A stretch of 64,000 bases of DNA, taken from assembly GCA_002269645.1 (NCBI GenBank), contig NIVC01002002.1, positions 62,001 to 126,000 of the forward strand, read 5' to 3'. A program made the translations under genes and the position numbers. The notes under the pieces were generated by a model. It searched no databases. It worked only from the letters and a program-made list of their open reading frames with translations, and was not told where the DNA came from. Below are positions 60,036 through 64,000 of the stretch, piece after piece. The number at the start of each line of letters is the position of its first letter. The stretch's first letter is position 1. This DNA comes from Macrostomum lignano. Lineage: Eukaryota.

Positions 60036-62770
60036 TATTGCAATAATACCGCGACCTCTCCGAGGTGTAGTCGGAGAGCCGCGCTTAACTGCTTCGGCGG
60101 ATAACAGCGGCAAGACCAAGCGACAGCGGCGAAGCGAGCGCCGGCGAGTTGAACGTCGGCGTGAGCAAAACCGAGGTCGGCAACGTGGTTTCGTCCATCG
60201 AGCTACTGCTTTCCTTGGCCAATATCGGATCTTCCGGGTGTCGCTGGGGACCGTGAGGCTCACTGTCATACCACATGGCACGCTGCGGGTCGGGACGCTG
60301 AACTGCCGCATTCTCAAGGCTGCAGACTCGCTCGACGTTAGATGCGATGTTATCTCGCTGCAAGAGATGTCTATTAGGACCGACCCGGGAATTCACTGTG
60401 AGGACCTAGGCGTCGGTTGGACCCTCTGGTACACGTCGGTGGACCAACCAGGCCGCGGAGGAGTTGGAGCACTGATCGGACCGAGGCTGCAGCAGAGCTG
60501 TCGCTGCGTCTCCCTGTCTGACCGGCTGCTTTAGGTCGACGTCTGGCTTCGCGGCCGGAACCCTCGCCTGTTCCGCCTCCTGCCACCCGACCTGACGAAG
60601 CTCAATCAAGTCTTCTTCGAGCAGCTCTCGGCGCAGGTGGAGGAAACGGCGCAGCGTGACACAGTGATCGTCCTCGGAGACCTAAACACGGTTTTGCGGA
60701 GGTCCGAGCGGTCGCTGTTTGTTACACCACGCGAGAACGGCAACATTGGAGCACTGGAGGACTTCCTGGAGAGGTAGGACGCAGTGTGTCGGCCAGCACC
60801 CGCTTCCGCAAGCCACCCGGCAGGTTCGCGACCCTCGTGGGCTGCAAGCGAAGGCGAAGGGCCGATCACGTGCTTGTGCGTCTTCGTGAGCGCCGCCGCA
60901 TCACGCCGCTGGCTCTGCGGTCCGACCATCGGCTCCTCGTCTGCGACCTGCATGTACGCAATCCGCTTTGCCGTCCGCCGAAGCGGCCACCGCCTGGCTA
61001 CTACTGTGCGCTCAAGGACACCCACGCCCGTCGCCATTTCGCTATCGCCTTCGTCAGCGCTCTTGGCGACAGGTGCGGGTGCGTTGAGTACACGGAGTTA
61101 AGTGCCGCGGCTAGAGCCGCGGCAGAGCAAGCAGTCCCTCTGATGCAACCGGCCCAACATAGGCAGCCGGTCTGGCAGGATGACCCTGCGATTCGGCAAG
61201 CGAGTCAAGAGCTGGAGAGGCTCCGTTTAAGCAAGCGCCCAACTCGCAAGGCGGAGGAGGCTCTGGCGGCTGTCTACCTGCAGCGCAGCGTAACTGGCCG
61301 CTGTTGACGAAGCCATCCAGGCCGTCACCGCCGCTGGACTCGACGCTTAAAGGGCGCGTGGCCTGGTCCGCCATCAATGCTCTGTCCGGGCGGAAGCGGC
61401 GCATCCCGCTTAACCTGGCTGGCGATACTCCGGATGAGCGCAGAAATGAGCCGCGCGAGTTCTTTGCCGCCATCGTCAACGCGCCGCCGCTCCTGCTGCC
61501 AAACGATTCGGGGCTGCCGCCGAAGACGCCATTGCCGGCAAATGAGAGTTTTAATCTAGCCCCAGTCAGCACAGCCGACGTTGTGATGCTCGCTGTTCAA
61601 CCGGATGCTGCTATCGCGGTTGCAGCCCGTGCTGGATCCGTACTTGCGGCCTGAGCAGAACGGGTTCCAGCCCCATCGCGGCACAGTGGCGTAGATCCTG
61701 GGTCTTTACCGAGCGAGGAAGCGCAGGCACGCTAGTCGAGCCTGATTGCTCTTCTTTATTGACTTCAGGAAGGCTTTCAACTCGGTCGTGAGGGCCGTGC
61801 TCCAATGGTGCTTCGTGCGTAGCTGATTTCCGCCGTCATGGCGCTGTACATGTATATAGCACGAACGCTGCTGCGTTAACACCGGACGGTCTGTCAGATT
61901 TCTTTGAGTCATCTTCTAGGGTGCGTCAGGGAGATACGCTTGCGCGTTCTTGTTCGTTCTGGTGCTTGACTGGGTGTTGCGGACTGCTCTTCCTTCTAAC
62001 AACGACGGCTTCCTGCTGCAGCGACGCGTTGGTCGACGCTAACCGGAGAGGCGGCTCAGCGTGCTTTGGCTACGCCGACGATCTCGCCCTGCTGCGGCGC
62101 CCAGCGCCAGCTGGACCGGCTGGTGAGAGTTGCGGCAAGTGTCGGCCTGCAGTGGTCAAGACGCAGAAGACCGTCGTGCTCTGCGTGCCGGACGACATCG
62201 AGGATGCAGTTTTTTGCCGAGGCGCTGACGGGAAGGTGACGATCGAAGCTTTCGTGCTGTCAGCAGTTCGTCTAAACTCGGCGGTCTGGTTCCTGACGTT
62301 CGCGAGGACCTGCAAAGTCGCCGTGGACTTGCCTGGGCTGCCTTCCGTTCCGTGAGGGCTCTCCTGCAGTCCGAGGCCCTGCCCAACCGCCAGAGGGCGG
62401 CGTTCTTTCAGGTGGTGATCGAGACCGTCCTGTTGTACAACGCCGAGACCTGGACGCTGACGGATTCACTCGAACAGCTGGTCGATATGGCGCACGCTGG
62501 CCTGCTGCCGCTCCGCATTCAAGATCAGCTACGAGCGAGTCACCTGCAATGTGGCTATCTATCGCCGCTCCGCCCTGTCTCGTCCCAGCGAACTGTTGCG
62601 CCGTCGGTGACTCCAGCCGGCAAGCTATTTCATCCAAGCTGAGTCGTACTGCCCGCAGCCGGTGCAGGAGGTGCTGCTGCTGACGCTACAGGCACCCTAC
62701 CGGCGGGGACAGGTGCGCACTCAGCGTTTCGTCGACTGCCTGCTGGCTGATGTCGGCGCCCCGGACACTG
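60036..62770 (+). mobile_element. Decayed non-LTR retrotransposon (RTE-like: APE endonuclease + reverse transcriptase), pseudogenised
   Basis: APE motifs LRVGTLNC, DVISLQE, GRGGVG, VIVLGDLN, SDHRLL. RT motifs LRPEQNGF, FIDFRKAFNS, GVRQGDTLA, GYADDLA. RTE-type C-terminus ETVLLYNAETWTL. In-frame stops (e.g. 60532-60534), frameshifts and an apparent internal deletion near 61595. Ends approximate. Confidence 0.9.
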
Positions 62771-64000
62771 CCGGCGGTGCTGCCTACGTTCGTTCCCATG
62801 CCTGGAAACGCGCCCTGTGATGTTGTCTACCGAATGACTGGCAACGTATTATGTTGTGTTGTTATATTGAGTCCAGCCTTTAAGATTTTATATGGGGATC
62901 GATGCCGTCACTTGACGCCAACAATTTTACCTATATGACTTTGTTCACTGGCTCTAATAACAGTTGAAAATACTCAGCTTGCAGGTGACGAGCCAGTTTA
63001 CAGCTCAAAGTTTTCTAGGCTTGGTGTTGGTGTGCGTCTCTCTCTCCGCCAATATCGTTCTGCGTGAAGGCCGAATTTAATTCATTTTCGTCCCTTAGTG
63101 TAAAATTTTCGACCGGACTGAACCTATTGGTCTGTTGCCCTGTACAGTTTTTGATTTGCTTTATTTAAAAATACGGAATTGTGGACCATGTGTGCAAGCC
63201 CTGAAGATGACCGCTTGTGTCGAAACGCGTTGGCTTAAAATTTACTTGTATGTTGGTGTTAACCTTCATTTTTCTACTTTGTTCATAATTAGCCACTGCA
63301 ACAAAACTGCAGCTACAATGAGGCGTGCCGGATGAGTGGGGAAAGTGACAAAAGTTGCATATGTATACATGTACTGCATGTATTATATGCATATTTATGT
63401 ACATCTACATATGTACATGTTTATACAGCTATAATTTTATTATTGATGGGTTTCGGCCTTTTCGGCCCCTTTCGGGAAGCCTGTGGGCCTCAGGTCTCAG
63501 AAATAAATCAATTAGAGTCCTGGCCCCCCACTCCTGTCAGATGTCAGCCCCATGGTAGCTTGATCTTGTGGCGAGCAGTCTAGGTCCTATAGCTAAGAGA
63601 TGGACAGCGAGAGACAAGCAGGGAGAATTTTGAAGGTAGAGATCAGCCAATCCGCAGATTAACTAACCCGCTGCCACCAGCCCATGCGTCCTGGCTCACC
63701 AAACCGGAACTTTCGAAATCAGGCTTCCGACTAGAGGAAGCTTAGCACTTACCTGCCAACTAGTGTCTTTTTGCTGTCAATCTCGAAGTCATAGCCGATG
63801 ATAAGGGACACTGCTGGGACTTGATCGCATTGGCCATGCAGGTACAGAGGGGACTTGTGCAGGGGATTCTTGCAGTGGCGAGACTATGGGGTAGCTACAT
63901 GTACTATTTATTACATTGCTATAAATACGAGGAATTGTACTTTTGGCCTTCAACGCGCCAACCAGCCTCTCGTAGCGCTGATAATAGGCCAACTCGAACA

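Noticed and set aside
59131-60317. MYVC-repeat ORFs
   Set aside because: Translations of the (TATG)n microsatellite.

Overview
Eukaryotic (metazoan) genomic DNA with spliceosomal GT-AG introns, GC-rich coding exons and very dense intronic and intergenic micro/minisatellites. The style suggests a flatworm such as Macrostomum, but that is inference only. Supported genes: (1) the 5' part of a minus-strand cGMP-dependent protein kinase (PRKG1-like), which runs off the left edge. It has two alternative leucine-zipper first exons (I-alpha-like 9904-10301, I-beta-like 5796-6175) that splice in the same phase to a shared exon. (2) A single-coding-exon CD20/MS4A-like four-TM protein (27417-28556, +). 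(3) An unrecognised ~199-aa two-exon gene (minus) whose 10.8-kb intron is almost entirely one satellite array. (4) A two-exon SPSB3-like SPRY/SOCS-box gene (minus). (5) Two identical, convergent tRNA-Asp(GTC) genes. (6) A decayed RTE-type non-LTR retrotransposon with a structured 5' end that may be a degenerate HDV-like ribozyme. The most unusual signal is a family of four satellite arrays with different unit lengths that share a conserved near-palindromic core, TGGATTGCTAATCTA. In the two gene-linked cases the branch-point-like CTAAY motif lies on the sense strand. There is also a palindromic MITE, a foldback-like inverted pair of arrays, and a recurring 22-bp period in unrelated arrays. Repeat boundaries and copy numbers are approximate, by eye or as length divided by unit.
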